Below, piece after piece: positions 1 to 13,262 of a stretch of 42,315 nt of DNA. Origin of the DNA: Phoronis australis. Its lineage: Eukaryota; Animalia; Phoronida. The notes under the pieces were generated by a model. That model had not been told where the DNA came from, did no database searches, and saw only the letters and a list, made by a program, of their open reading frames with translations. The stretch's first letter is position 1; the number at the start of each line of letters is the position of its first letter. The stretch covers positions 45,896 to 88,210 of the forward strand of contig NMRA01000961.1 in NCBI GenBank assembly GCA_002633005.1. Direction: 5' to 3'. A program made the translations under genes and the position numbers.

Positions 1-158
1 CCCCCCCCTCATTTTTTTCCAAGTTGGTTTACTTGGGGTTTACACACGCTGGTGGTGTCGTTTTTGATTTGGTGACGACGTTTTTGTTTTTTTTTAATTT
101 TGGGTCCTGGCCCAAGGGGGGGGTTAAACCCCCTGAACCCCCCCGTAGATCCGCCTCT
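1..158. mobile_element. Right end of a non-autonomous DNA transposon/MITE (hAT-like terminus), truncated by the window edge
   Basis: G/C-run-rich end GGGGGGGTTAAACCCCCTGAACCCCCCCGTAGATCCGCCTCT resembles the ...GATCCGCCCCTG termini of common invertebrate MITEs. It abuts LINE coding sequence; the partner TIR is outside the window. Confidence 0.45.
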
Positions 159-1268
159 TTAAGCGATGGAACATACTTTCAAGTAATGAAAGGTGGGTTT
201 TTGGCGATAAGAAAGTAGATACCAACTCGTTCTAGAAGTACCTAGGAGTCACATTCTCCTACAGACTTAAATGGACAGAGTGTTGTAGAGTACTTGCAAG
301 CCAAGCTCGAAAAGCAATGAACGTTATTAAAGCCACTCTGTCAAAACTTAACTGTATTTCCCATGGAGTGCATCTTGAACTCTTTGGCTCTATGATAATG
401 CCCGTATTAACATATGGTGCAGAAATATGGGGAACATCATTGTGTGAATCTATTGAAAAAGTTCATAATGATTTCTATAAATATGTTCTATGTATTAAAA
501 CGCCAAATGCTATGGCTCGTGAAGAATGTGGGAGACAGTTGTAAACCAATTATCTATTGGACAAAATTACTGGATATGGAAGAACACAGGTACCAACTGA
601 AGTGTTATAGTATGCATAGGGAACAAAGTGAAAATGGTAATTGTAACTGAGCACACCTTGTCAAAGAAATTTTGTATAGGTAAAGCTATGGAGAAGTGTG
701 GTTATTTGGACCAGACAATAGTGCTGAGTTTATAATGATATTCAAACAGAGATTATTGTATTGTGGCGTACAGGAATGGCAACTGGAAATAGATAGCTCA
801 AATCAATATGAATTTTATAGTCTTATTAAACGTGATCTTGTCAGCAATCAATATGTGAATTGTTTAAGCACTTATTCAAGAAAAAGACTTGCGCAATTTC
901 GGTGTTCAGGTCACTCACTTAATATAGAGAAAGGGAGACATGGGTATTCCTAGATATGAGAGAATATGCGGCATAGGCTGTCTGCGTGAAATTGAAGATG
1001 AGGCTCATTTCATGTGTGGATGCCCTGTTCTTGGAAACCTTTGAAGAAATCTTCTTCCTGAGCTTGTCAATGTTAACTATTCTCTTGTTAGGTTATTCCA
1101 ACAGAAAAAAAACATGACAGCATCCAGCGCCTCGCTATGTATATTCAGAAAGCTATGAAACTGCTCTCCCTGTAAATATTCTGAATATACGTTTAAATTT
1201 ATGTATTTATGTATGAGGAGGCAAAGCCTACGATGTACATTAAACATTATTATATTATTATTATTATC
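159..1268 (+). mobile_element. Degenerate non-LTR retrotransposon (RTE-X-like LINE), 3' part of ORF2 plus tail
   Basis: Translation across stops and frameshifts gives ERWVFGDKKVDTNSF*KYLGVTFS...LFGSMIMPVLTYGAEIWG (end of RT/thumb), then LAQFRCSGHSLNIEKGR...RICGIGCLREIEDEAHFMCGCP (C-terminal CCHC finger). Ends in an (ATT)n-like tail at ~1245-1268. Confidence 0.85.
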
Positions 1269-2097
1269 CAATGCCCATGGAGTATCACAACTGAGCTGAT
1301 GACTGGGATTTTGGCAGGAAAAGGTTGGGTACACTTAAAATTTATCCCTGGATACATTACGTTAAGTCCGTCACCTTCCCGACATCAATCAAAACAAGAC
1401 CATTCAGAATCATTACCACGTGGCCGTGTTAGAATCCACGACAGGACCGGAGGTCTTACATGTATCTTCTTTTCAGAATATGGAATTCGAAATCATTTCA
1501 ATATTTTCTATTCTACTTAAATACGAACTCAATATACATATACATTTATATATGACGAAGTTGTATAAATGTATCCTGTGTCAATGACAGAGCTATTTGG
1601 ATTAGTACGTCTTATTCATGCATCATCAAGATCACCAATTTTAGGCTGACTATTAAAAATAGTACCGTAAAAATTCACTCACCGTCAGTCGCCTTGATCG
1701 CGCTTCCTTTGAAAAAGTTCGAGGCCGACATGTTTTTAAATGTAATCGGATGTCCCCTGTTGCATGCAACGCATTTAAATGGGTACAAATTATATTTAGA
1801 TAACATGACACCCGAGCAGTTTATGTGCAAGCATACTTCCAAACAGTCGATCTCGCAAGTCACCAGTACTGTTCGATTACGAGAACAAAACACTTTCATG
1901 CCTTTGCCCATGCGTTCTAAACCTGCAAAGTGTGTCCAAAAGTACAGTTTAAGACTGGAATATCTCATATTATGTCGCACAACAATTGACAGAGCAACGA
2001 GTTCGTTAACGGTTCAAACTAAAGCCGCGGATCTTTGTTAATACTTGTACTCGATCAAGCCAGAGAGTAAGATGCAGGGTAACCAATTGCATAAAAG

Positions 2098-2258
2098 TGG
2101 GACCCTTTCCAAGAAACTGATGTAGCTAAGACAAATGTTATATTCAAATTTAAACCAAGCTCAAATTTTTGTCAAGACCGTTTCAAGAAAGGGATCTTAA
2201 GCTTAATTATTTTTACTCAAGTTTAGTATTAAATTCGAATTTCTTGGAATAGGCCCCT
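2098..2258. mobile_element. Short MITE-like element with imperfect TIRs
   Basis: GGGACCCTTTCCAAGAAA at the left matches the reverse complement of TTTCTTGGAATAGGCCCC at the right (2 mismatches in 18). Confidence 0.45.
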
Positions 2259-2674
2259 GGTCTCTAAACACCCTTGTCAGGATGACCTGTTCCAGCCTCT
2301 TTCAAAATTAAACATGTGTTAATGTCTTACCTGTTTTGAAACCCATGAGTGAACTAGACCAATTACTTTTTCAAATGTTGGTAACACATTCTGGACATAT
2401 TTGAAGCCACCTTACAGTTAAGACCAAATAAACAAGGAATAGGGAACATCAAAAATTTCTTTTGAAGTCATTTACCTACTGTTAACCAAACTCAGCGGGT
2501 TTCAACACCGAGCAGTGTTCTGACGAGAATCTCAATAATAAGAACGTGTTGAGGGTTTATTGGGACTTTATACAGAACCGAGAGCACGGAATTAACTTCC
2601 ACGTGCTCGTTACTCAAATTTGTTGACAAAACGATCACTTACTACAATGGGTCTCCATAGCAGACCTATAACAA

Positions 2675-3775
2675 GCTAAACCCCTATGCGAAAAGTCACG
2701 TGACACCCGACAAACAAACAAACAAGGTTTGCATTCAGTTATGCTAGGACCTACGCCAGGATCTAGCTAATATCTAGTCAAAATCAGGTTTTCATCTAAA
2801 ATACAAGGCAATGTCTCACGTAAAGGTGACGATGAAAAAATAAGTGTTCGAGGAAACGTATTCCGAGCCAGCGAGAATCCAAAGAACCCCACCTTCACTC
2901 GCCAAATGACGAGGCCAATGACGCGAAATGTTCATATAAACATAGGCATGTACCTTATAGTAGAATTATCTGTACGATGCCATAGATCTTAGGATCTTTC
3001 GAACGAAATCAATGAAGATTCATCGATTTTTTTCTGTCGTCTGCTAAATCTCGATAATGAAAAGGAGGTTACACCTGGTGGGACCCCCGGATAAATGTAC
3101 ATCGAGCCCATAGCCCTATATACGCATTTATAACCTTATAACGAAATATTTCGATTAAAAACTTCGGTTCATAGCTCAAGTACACACTCATCTCGCCCTA
3201 GGCAAACAGTTAACTTTGGTAGGTCTAGGGCTGTGTCCAAGTCAAATGAATACCTGGAATTAGCCGTAATTGCACCATTAAGACATTTAAGTTAGGTCTA
3301 CCTTCTCGTGAACACCACATTCTTGAAGGTTCATTGCATAAATGTAGCTTTCAATTAATTCTAAGCGTAGCATGATCACTAAGCTGTGGTGTGGTTACAA
3401 AAGATGGCAGATCGGTGCAGTGGCAAAAATGACTATGTACAAAAAATACCACATTTTTTTTCAAAGCTTCATCAATCTAAATATCATGTTTGAACAACTT
3501 TAGAATGAGATATCTCTCACTATACAGGCGATTTGTATACTAGAGGTTCTCATCAAAAAGTAATTCAACTGTTTATTTTTTCGTGACAACAGCTAGAATA
3601 AGGATTTGAATTTCAGTAAACCAGTGCCATTCCCTGTGCCGATCAAATCTCTCACATTTGGAGAGAAGTTCAGTTGAACGCCTGACTACAGTCATATGAA
3701 TAACAAAATGTACCTTTGCTACGAAACAAAACGGTGTCATTTAGGTTGAAATAAATGAAAAATAATAACAATGCC
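2675..3775 (+). repeat. Unclassified dispersed repeat A, copy 1
   Basis: Colinear similarity to 7497-8630 through shared anchors AAAAGTCACGTGA..CCCGACAAACAAACAA, GGCAAACAGTTA, GGTTACAAAAGATG, TTTGGAGAGAAGTTCAGTTGAACG and GCTACGAAACAAAAC. Confidence 0.85.
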
Positions 3776-4197
3776 CTTAAGAACAACAACTTCCGGGTGC
3801 TGATATTCAGCAGGTGCCGCGATTGTGATAGTTTGAAATAAATATATTTTGAAAAAAAATCAAAACTTAATTGTTTACAGGGTTGTTTTTGTGTGAAAAT
3901 ATTGTGTTGTCTTTCTCGTTCTCGGCGACTATCAGATTGAAGAGTGCTTGTTACTGCACATCATGATCGGATAATGGGGGTACATTGATAGGTGTAAAAA
4001 CTGGTATTGGTAAAAATTAATAATGCAAACGCCTTTTAAATCTCTAGTTCCTCTTATATACATGTATTTCAGTCGTCGTGTTGATTTACAACAGAGTCTA
4101 TGACCACATGGCAGACGATCTTTCACGATAACGGGGAGGTCCCCATTGGGGAACATTTCAACCTCCAAAGCCCTACTACCAGTGACCTCAATGTACT

Positions 4198-4256
4198 GCC
4201 TCTCACTCTCCCCCTCCTCCTCCCCTCCACCTCCCCCTCCCCCATCCCCCGCGCCC
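4198..4256 (+). repeat. C/T-rich low-complexity tract
   Basis: CCTCTCACTCTCCCCCTCCTCCTCCCCTCCACCTCCCCCTCCCCCATCCCCC, lying inside the DIRS RNase H remnant. Confidence 0.8.
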
Positions 4257-4726
4257 TTGTTGATTTAAGATACAGTACCAGTTCCAGGTGAATATAGATG
4301 TTGTATTTGCCCTTCGTGTACGCCTGCTTTGCGAACAATATGCTCTGAACTCCAAGCCGATGATGTGTTCCATCCCTTCTGCGTTTGACCAGATGTTTTG
4401 TGTTGGCACGTTGTTACATACCGTGCACCACGCGCTTTTGAAGCGCTTCAAATAGATGGGAGCATCACCGCTCTGCATCTGTCTTTGGCGATTGCAGCGA
4501 GGCGATGGTAAGAGTAATTTGACGCGCTGAGTTTTCCGATCAGTTTTGACACTTTCCTGATTATTCCCTCACTTGGAGTGCAGGTGGTGACAATTTGTCA
4601 GAATTGGTTGGACTTTGGCGTCCGGGAGTGAAAAAGATATACCAGTGGAATCGATAAGAAATCCGGTGTATTCCACAAACTGTCCAGGGTCGAGATCACA
4701 CGGTCTCAGTTTATCATTCACCCTAA

Positions 4727-5430
4727 AGGCCCAGTCATACAGCAGATCACGCATGAATCACTCAAACAACACGCACAAATTCAATTTGTCGATAAATTGA
4801 CCAAATTTTCCGGGTGTAGAGGTTAGAAATCACTGACAAATAACTGACGAATCACCTATGGCCCACGCACATACCACTTACAATCACTGATGAATCACTG
4901 ACATATCGCGCATATCGACGCATAAAAGCCAAAATGATCTGGTATTCCACTAACCTTCGACGCATGCCTCACGCATGAATCACTGACGGATCACGTTCAA
5001 ACACTTTTGTAAGTGACTGTCAGTCGATGTCAGTGGATTGAACGTCACATATGCGTAATTCATGCGTGATACGAAGGTGGGCGTCAGTGGACGGACGTGG
5101 ACGTGCGTGATTTCGAACCAGTTCTGACGCATAAACACTGATGGCAAACGCGTGTCCAGCGCATAATCACGCATACTCGACGCATAGACTACGCACGTCA
5201 ACTCACGAATTACGCACACCGACGCAGAGTTGTGCGTTGGAAAATTTTTGAACCGTTCAAAACTCAAAATCGCGCACAAACCCCCCTCGACGCACATCCA
5301 CTTCCATTCACTGATGCTCCACGTTGGTTCCACCGACCAATTACGCATACGACGCAAGCTTCAGACATAAGCGAAAATCTGTGCGTGATTCATGAGTGAT
5401 TCATGCGTAATCGGCTGTATGACTGGGCCT
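4727..5430. mobile_element. PIF/Harbinger-type MITE (704 bp) with TAA target-site duplication
   Basis: taa|AGGCCCAGTCATACAGC ... GCTGTATGACTGGGCCT|taa: a perfect 17-bp TIR extending imperfectly inward (ACGCATGAATCACTCA / TGAGTGATTCATGCGT), with the 3-bp TAA TSD typical of PIF/Harbinger. Confidence 0.9.
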
Positions 5431-7496
5431 TAACATCTATCGACGCCTGAACGCCACATCGCTCTCTTTCATCATTTTTTGTGGGATTGGTTGAGAAATA
5501 TGGTTTTCACTATACACAGGCGGGTAAAACTGAATAGAGCAACGTTTGGGATGAGCTCAGACACAATTTTTGGTAATAATTACTTTCAGAGGTTGTATCT
5601 CCCTAGTACATTGACACACGGATACACAAACATGCGTGCGTGTGTGTGCATGTATTTGTACAAGACCATGCGACACATATAAAACAAAATAACTTACGTG
5701 GCGAAAGACCTATATCGCTGATTTCGTACTTCCTCACCAAACCCCAAGAGTAATTTTCTTCTGTCTCGAACTCATAGGTGAAACCAAGAAGTTGGCAGTT
5801 GATGCGGGGATTCAATACGGAGGTAGGTTGCCACCTGGCACCTCGACAGACTCTGCGTGGGCTCTTTACACACAGTCTCTCGCAATCGCTAAGTGTATAC
5901 GCCGTGTGGTTTCCCCTCACTTTTGCACGGGGTACGTTTCTATATCGAAGGTATTCCACACCTACTGTATGTAAAAGATGAGTCATAAGCCATGGCTTGT
6001 GTAATGGGGCTGAAGTGCTGGTTTTGCAACGGATAGTTCCGAAAATGTAGTTAGGGCACGTACCCTGTAGATACCTTTGCGAATTCCCGATGGGCTAATG
6101 TAAATAGGGCGGTAGATTCCGGCATACGCACAACAACCGAACCCCTTTGATGCATTTCTGGTGACATGTCATTGATATTGACAATGGCTATGGGGGCCAC
6201 ACAAGGGGAATTACAGGCAGCATCCAAACTTTTGAGGTTAAACTTTATATAAATTCTTTTGTGTTGAGCGATGTATTCAATCTCCGCATCATTAGTTGTG
6301 ACTTAGATTCGTGTTTTTGATAAACAATCACTTTGACAGCAGCATCTCTTCTGCAATTTGATTGAATTACATGTACAGTGCGGCGTGAAAAAGACCGAGT
6401 TGCTAACCAGTTTTTTCTGTCCTCGTGAGTTTTGACGCCGTGTGTAACAGGTCAGACCAAAATAAACCTTTGGCACTCTATTACTCGTCTGTGCCGGAGT
6501 TCGAAAAACGGTGTTTCCATTGGACATTTGCTTCATTATTGAAGAATTATACGCAATATTTTTCTTTCCGTTGATTTTAAAACTCTAAAAGTGTGGAAAC
6601 TTAATTTTGAGTGGCGTTTGCGGTCACAGTTGTGTGGGAATTAGCGGCACTGCAAACTGACTGTTTATCAATGACTCGATATCAAAAATTTGGCCAGTTT
6701 GTATTACATCCAAAATACTGCCTTACATTATTGTGGCGTTTTCCACGGCGACTTGTGTCTTAAAGTGTCTCGGTAGCGTCTCGGCGAAGTGCATGTGACC
6801 ATGGCCTTACAGCTCTTGCCAACATGTGTTCATCGCATAGACTTCTGTGAATCTTCATCTCAGGCGCAACCAAACTGACATTTTGCGGAATGTTAAATGT
6901 TTGATTTTGGTACGCAGCTAGTGAAACATTTGACCCCTTAAAACCGCAGGGGAAATGCCCCAGTAAAAATCCGAAGGGGAAATGGCTCTGTAAAATGTGA
7001 CATGTCTGATACTTGAAGTTAATATATGCATCATTAGATATTCCTAAATAATTCGTGGTAACGTTTGTTCTGGTAAAGTGTGGAGACCGTCGTTTGAAAA
7101 CTGCTTTAACCAAAATTCTGAACTGCAACTCACCTTTTGTGTAGTAGGGTGGGTCGGGATTGTTACTGACCTAATTTGTCATTATCAATCCTACATCCGC
7201 CTTCAAGATCCGGCATTGATCGTCTCAGAAAGTAGCGTAGTCGCAAACAACACGACTGCAGTATTGTGAACAGTTGAACTCAGACTTAATAGAGGGCACT
7301 GCTATGGCACTGGTTAGAAAGTCCTTGAATTTTTTCCCATGGTTCTCGTGGTAGAATATGCCTTAAACAGTGATGGGATAGCCATAAGGATTGAATCAAC
7401 CTCATCAGTGTCAAAATTTTAAAATGGATGTCAACCAACTGGTTAGATGTTCACGCTACCCCTGATTCTGTAGTATAACTTGATAATTAATCTATT

Positions 7497-8630
7497 GCAA
7501 GCTCCGCCCCTTGCCAAAAGTCACGTGAGACCCGACAAACAAACAAGATGTCAGAGGTAAATACACTATCCCTAAACGACGTTCTTGGTCGAATTGACGA
7601 ATTTTTTGCACTGTCCGAAAAAACTTCGAGAAAGACAACAGGCGATGCTTTTCAGCAAAGAAGCCAACGTTCATCATCTGGGAATATGTAAAGGTGACAA
7701 TGAAAAAGCTGTTCGAAGAAAGGCATTTCGGAGCCAGCGAAAATCTGAAGAACCGCATCCGGGTTACACCTTCACCAGACAAATGACAAGGCCACTGATG
7801 TGATATGTTCATGTAAAGCTGCGTACATACCTTAAAGTCGAATTATCTATGCGATGACATAGATTTCAGGATCTTTTGAACAAAATCATTGCAGATTCAC
7901 CAATATTTTAATTCTGTCGTCTCCTAAAATCCGAAAAGTAGGTCACCACTATTGGGGATCCCTGGATAAATTAGGTCGAGTCGTTCACACTTTACTAAAT
8001 TTCGAACGAAATATTTTGATTAAGAGAACTCAGGTCTAAATCTCAAGTACATACTCATCTTGTCCAAGGCAAACAGTTACTTCCGGTAGGTCAAGGGGTG
8101 GGTCCAAGTCAAATTATTGCAAGAAATTGCACCAATAAGACATTTATGTTAGGCCCACCTTCTGATGAACTTCGCATTTTTTATAGTTTCATTGCATAAA
8201 GGTAGCTTTCAGTTATTTTTAAACATAGCATCAGTAAATTGTGGTACGGTTACAAAAGATGACAAGTCTGGTGTAGCGGCAAAAATGGCTATTTACAAAA
8301 CAACACAAATTCTGTGGTAAAGCTTCGTAAATCTAAATATCTTGTTTGAAAAATTTTAAAATAAGCTCCCTCTAACTCTACAGGCGTATTGTATACTAGG
8401 TTCGCCTCAAAAAAAGTAAGTCAACTGTTTATTTTTTGTGAAAACATCTCGAACAAGGTTTTGTGCTCAGTAATCCAGTGCCCCTCCCTGAGCAGATCGA
8501 ATCTCTCAATTTTGGAGAGAAGTTCAGTTGAACGTCAGCCTATGGGCATATGAATAACAAAAATATACTTCTGCTACGAAACAAAACAATGTTTGTAGGT
8601 CGCAATAAGTGAAGATTAGTAAAAATATCA
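7497..8630 (+). repeat. Unclassified dispersed repeat A, copy 2
   Basis: Direct, diverged copy of 2675-3775 with the same anchors in the same order. Confidence 0.85.
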
Positions 8631-9583
8631 AAACAATTTCCAGGGACTGTCGCTAGACTAGTGGTGCTGAGATCCAGCAGTTTCGGAGACAATGGCGGTC
8701 AGGAGAGTGAAACTCTGGAGTCAAAGTCAGATACAGTAGGCCTACACCATAGACACAACACTGAAAATTGCGTATCTTAGAACAAATATTTTTGTGTTTA
8801 ACCTTCGAGTAATCAAGCAACATTGCCGAGTTCAGCTGCTCGTGTGGTCGTTCGCACAGTTTGATACATAAATAAATTTTTGACATCACTTTTCACGGCT
8901 TCGGTGATGCCCAAAAAGTGACGGGAAATTCTGGTGTCAGACTTACACACGCCATACCAACACAGTTTCACCATTCTTATCGCACAATTTCTTGAGCTAT
9001 AGACTAAAATACGTTTTACCCGACAACGTATTGCTTGTAGGGTAAAAGAGAGGCTTGGAAACGCAGACGAAATGTGTCAAGAATGCTGCGCGTTCTGATT
9101 GGTCAGTTAACCCGTGAGTCGTAATCCTGACGAAAGGTCAGGTAGAGTTGAACGGAGCAGTAGCCTTGTGTTGTGTGCTGAACCTCGGTCCGTCAATGAG
9201 ACAATTCTACAGTGTATACCGTAACTAAATGTAGAATACTAAATAATTACTCTAGTAGCAGTAACTGACAATAGACATTTTAGGATTGGCTTTATTAGAC
9301 TAGTGAACGGTTTATATACAAGTTACAAATGTGTGGGTTGTTTGCTCTAAACTTCATGGTCAAAGGTTATACAAGAAATAACCGTAAACAACTCTGCGAA
9401 TGTACCTGTGTATTTGCTGGATACTGTAAATTACAAAAAATCACCGTTGTATTCCGCAGAACGAGCTCTCGCCGTATTGGCTTTGAGATCTGCAGATACT
9501 CAGAAATCTTGCCATAACAGCGCGGAATTTTCGGAATAATTCCGAAGATGATGGGAACGGTAATCCTTAACTTCAACGCTTAA

Positions 9584-11260
9584 AGGATCATGCCACCCAA
9601 AAAACAACATAATTTGTATCAATTTAGATCGAATAGTTCTACTCGGTAACGGCACGTACTGTACGGTTGCGTTACCTGACACCTGACGGCAGACGGAGGT
9701 GTTGAAATTATCCAGTGACGTAATTCGTTTCACACGCAGACTGTTCAACAGTTCACCACAAGGGTTACTGGTGTCAGCTTATCGCTTGAATTCAACAACA
9801 ATAAATCATCAAACTTCGATTTAAAACCCTTAAAAATTCACCAAGATCGTATAAAAACGTGTTGCTTTATTTGGCTGTTACGGATTTATTGGCGTTTGGA
9901 CACAACGTATCCAACAAAGTTTAGAAGAAGTAGAAGGAGTTTGGGGTCTGTTCGGAGATAAATTCGGAGTATTTTTGGTTGAGATACAGACAGGAGAACC
10001 TAGATCTGTGTTGTTTAGTCTTGTGCTTTTTTGAGTTCTAACCACATAAAACGCTTGTTATCCGGGCCAGTGGCTCAGAGCCCGATCAGGCCCGTCGCGA
10101 CCGGACTGACTCGTTGTCCCGGCCAGCGGCTCGGAAACCGATCAGGTTATCGCGGCCGGACTGAAGACATCACGAACGTAAACCAGCCAAAGTTGGAAGC
10201 TAAACTTCCAGTCAAGAAAATGTTGTACTAGTGAGCCAAAGAAGTAATGTGCACGTGATTTTGTTGGCGAATTAGCCACAGAACTGCAAATGTACGTACT
10301 CGTCGCGCTCCGTGAATTCAGGTACCGCTTTGGCCACAAAACCGTCAGGACAGAAGTTGCACATTGAAAATCGTTATTTGAATACTGTAAATTTAAATAA
10401 AGATTCCCCTAACACCTGACCGTGGGATAGAAAATCGAGTTGTTTCGTAGCAGCTTCTGTCAGAAAACACTGAATTAGCATGCGCTCACACGCCTCGGTG
10501 TCTCGTCAATTAGTTTTATTGGACCTAAAGCCGGTAACGCAGTGCTTTATTCAATGCTGGCTTCTCAAATTATTTGCACTCACGAGCACTCCAAAGGCAT
10601 TACAAGTTGCATCTAATGAGACATATTTGGTTTCAGTTTCATATAAGTATTGGTTAGGATGAGAATAATATATTTTGAAACAGAACGCTCAGTAATAAAC
10701 GTCAACATGGCAACTCGCAATCCCGACTTAGACGAGAGCTCATGCAGGCGAAGATTTCAAAGGTGGATCGTTAAGTTTCACAGGCTACCAGTTCGAACCG
10801 GAATTCAGTGAAATACTAGAGAGGCGCCGTGAACAAGCTCAGACAACGGAACGTATGGATAGTTATTTGGTAAGTCGGCATTCGTCAGGTTATTGTTTAC
10901 GACTGCAGGCCTCTGACACGGAGATGTTTCACGGCCTCATACTTGCTATTTACAGCGTAATTTTTATTATTCACTACCGCGAACCACTTCCTAGGCGTTT
11001 AGAACTCTCGAGGAAGTAGAAATAAGGGTTTTCCCGCTTTTCTCGCAGCTGCATAGTTCGGACAAGCGGGAACGATGCACCGCAATATAGAGGCATTCAC
11101 TCTGCAAATGAACCACTGACGTCGCTGCGTCGTTTCTCACCTTCCTCACAGGTTAACGCAATACCTCTCGGCAAGGTAAGGTGGACCGTATGTGAGGCGA
11201 TGTGGATGTAGACCTATTAAGATGGCAAAAAAGACTAATTTAATCAGGTGGCATTCTCCT
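9584..11260 (+). mobile_element. Kolobok-type non-autonomous DNA transposon, copy 1 (1677 bp)
   Basis: ttaa|AGGATCATGCCACC ... GGTGGCATTCTCCT|ttaa: TTAA TSD, AGG start and a 14-bp TIR with 2 mismatches. A second copy lies inverted at 24751-26724. Confidence 0.85.
10707..10869 (+). pseudogene. Remnant first exon inside Kolobok copy 1, possibly KolX-like
   Basis: ATGGCAACTCGCAATCCC, then after a frameshift DFKGGSLSFTGYQFEPEFSEILERRREQAQTTERMDSYL, followed by a GTAAGT donor. The segment is conserved in copy 2. Confidence 0.45.
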
Positions 11261-13262
11261 TTAACTGCAGTTATGATGGAAACTAAGTAGCAAAGTTTAA
11301 CGGTTAAAACTTTGTGGGGAAAGTGCCTTTAGGGAGCCGCTTTTATGAAAGCCACCTTGGAGAATGTTAACGTGGGAGCAATAAAACGGAAAAGCACCTT
11401 CTTCAAAAATACAGTAAAGAATACATTGTGAGATCTTATGAAAGCCTTGATTGAGACAAGTTGTATAAGGCAATACTACTAAACTATAAACGTGAAAAAA
11501 CTAAATAGAAAAAACGAATACTTCAAACAGAGAAAACAGACCTGTAGAGTCTAATGCATGAAGTATCGAACTACACGAACACGTTAAACACGAGACATGT
11601 GTAAGCAATCGGGTGTATAAAGATTTACATTGTAGTACGATTACAAAGAAAAAAACGCGACCACGAAATAGCAAACAATTTTTTGTTGTGCATACAGTGC
11701 TACAGACTAATAGCATAAGGCTTCTTCATGTAGTCAGAGAATTTGTGAAGCGATTGTGTTGTTATTTTTTTGTAGAACGCCTACAGGATATTTACTGTTG
11801 TTGACTAATTTTAAACCAGCTTTAAGTCAGTGTCTTATTTACTTTTTGGTTGGCAAATCAATGATCTCGGGTGTGGTATTGCTGCTAGGTAATCATTCAA
11901 ATGAGCAGGGACTGTGACGCAGCGTTGCCTGTTGTCTGAGTAACTATTGTCAAAATGAATGTTTGAAACGTGGAAGTTCTGAAAAATCCCAAGCCGCTAC
12001 TTGGTGGCCATCGCAAGTATCAAAATCAGACACTGTTTCCCTCTAAATTCGTTTGAATGTTGATGTTGACTTCCAAACTTGAAACTTCTGATGGTGTTCC
12101 TAGATTTACTACCTTTGATTCACAATTGTTTCATTGATTTCGTGAACTGAATGCACTTGACTCCACGTTAAAATTGCCACAGGAATTACGCAGGCAGAAG
12201 TCGGATTTTTTGGAAAAAAACGGGCAAGATCGGGGAACTTCGCGCCACAAAGTTATGCGGTCGAATGCACCCTATGCTCGTCAGTCGGTCGTCGATGGGA
12301 GGATTAACTGAGTTAGAGACAGAGTGTACGTAAGTTTACGAGTAAAATTAGAGGAAGTTAAGGCGAATGTGCGCCGTAACAGCCGAACGACCTTATTATT
12401 TTCATCGACGGAAATTTAAGTCGAATAGGTAACCTCATTGCAGTCTTCGGCGCTAATGTTTTCGTTTTCAATTTTGGCATTTCTGTCAAGTTGCCAAATG
12501 CGATTCAGCGTTTACCTTAGCGTCGAGCGCTGTTGACACAATACATATGACATTTTATGTCACCCTCATGTGTTGTTTCACTGTAAACTAATTTCCATAT
12601 CGCTTCGCAGTTTACGCATATAAATGTTGTTTAAGTGTTTCATTATTTCATGTAAGCTATATTGCTTCGTCCTCATTCTCATATTGTTTTGATTTTTGGC
12701 TCAGTTACCCTATTTGGTATCCCACTATTGGTTTATTTGTATCAGGTGAATTATTTGTCTCGTCCCAACACTGCGCCATCGTCCATATGTTCTTTTAAAC
12801 TGTGTTTTTCATTCAATTTTTCTATATCCCTCCCAGTTCCCTTAATCCATTTTATTTCTACGTATTCTCTTCACATATGAATTGCTCTGTGTATCTTTGG
12901 TGTATTGTTACCCACCTTTATAGTTCAACATATTCTATAACTTCGTATTTATCAATATCTCGACATATTATTGACCTTTTGTATTTCTTAATACCTGCAA
13001 GAGCTCAGTGCAGTTTGTCAGGCAGATCATCACCCACCTTTATAATTAAACATGTTATGTAGCTTTTGTATGTGTTGATATCTGTAGCAGTGTAGTTTGT
13101 CGTATTATAAACCTCTTGTTTCATCCTCATTAACTGTCTCACTGTAAACTATCTTCAGTATCTCTTCGCCTATGAAAATCCTTTGGTAAGTGGCCGGTTA
13201 CCGAATAAACGTGCTTAGCGACTGCACTCAACGACAAGGCAGGTGGTTTCAGCTGTACTTGA

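Larger units (their letters stand above)
4100..5580 (-). mobile_element. Degenerate DIRS-type (tyrosine-recombinase retroelement) RT-RNase H remnant, interrupted by a MITE at 4727-5430
   Basis: With the MITE removed, the minus strand reads MLG*MIN*D/CDLDPGQFVEYTGFLIDSTGISFSLPDAKVQPI...IRKVSKLIGKLSAS, then RNase H-like SAWCTVCNNVPTQNIWSNAEGMEHIIGLEFRA and STLRSLVVGLW. These match DIRS motifs LGFxINxEKSxLxPxQxxxFLG, RxxxxLxGKL and WSxxExxxHINxLELxA. The extent beyond ~5510 is uncertain. Confidence 0.75.

Noticed and set aside
1290-1345. Hammerhead ribozyme (CTGATGA...GAAA)
   Set aside because: Stem II is only 3 bp, and there are no convincing stem I or III partners.
2495-2565. Hammerhead ribozyme (TC-AACAC/GTGTT stem-CTGACGA)
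   Set aside because: Stem I and the CUGANGA box are present, but no GAAA box follows the putative stem II and stem III cannot close.
2675-8630. Repeat A copies as LTRs of one retroelement
   Set aside because: No TG..CA ends, PBS, PPT or TSD; the interior holds only unrelated fragments.
12662-13062. Hydrophobic ORFs as membrane proteins
   Set aside because: Explained by T-rich low-complexity composition.
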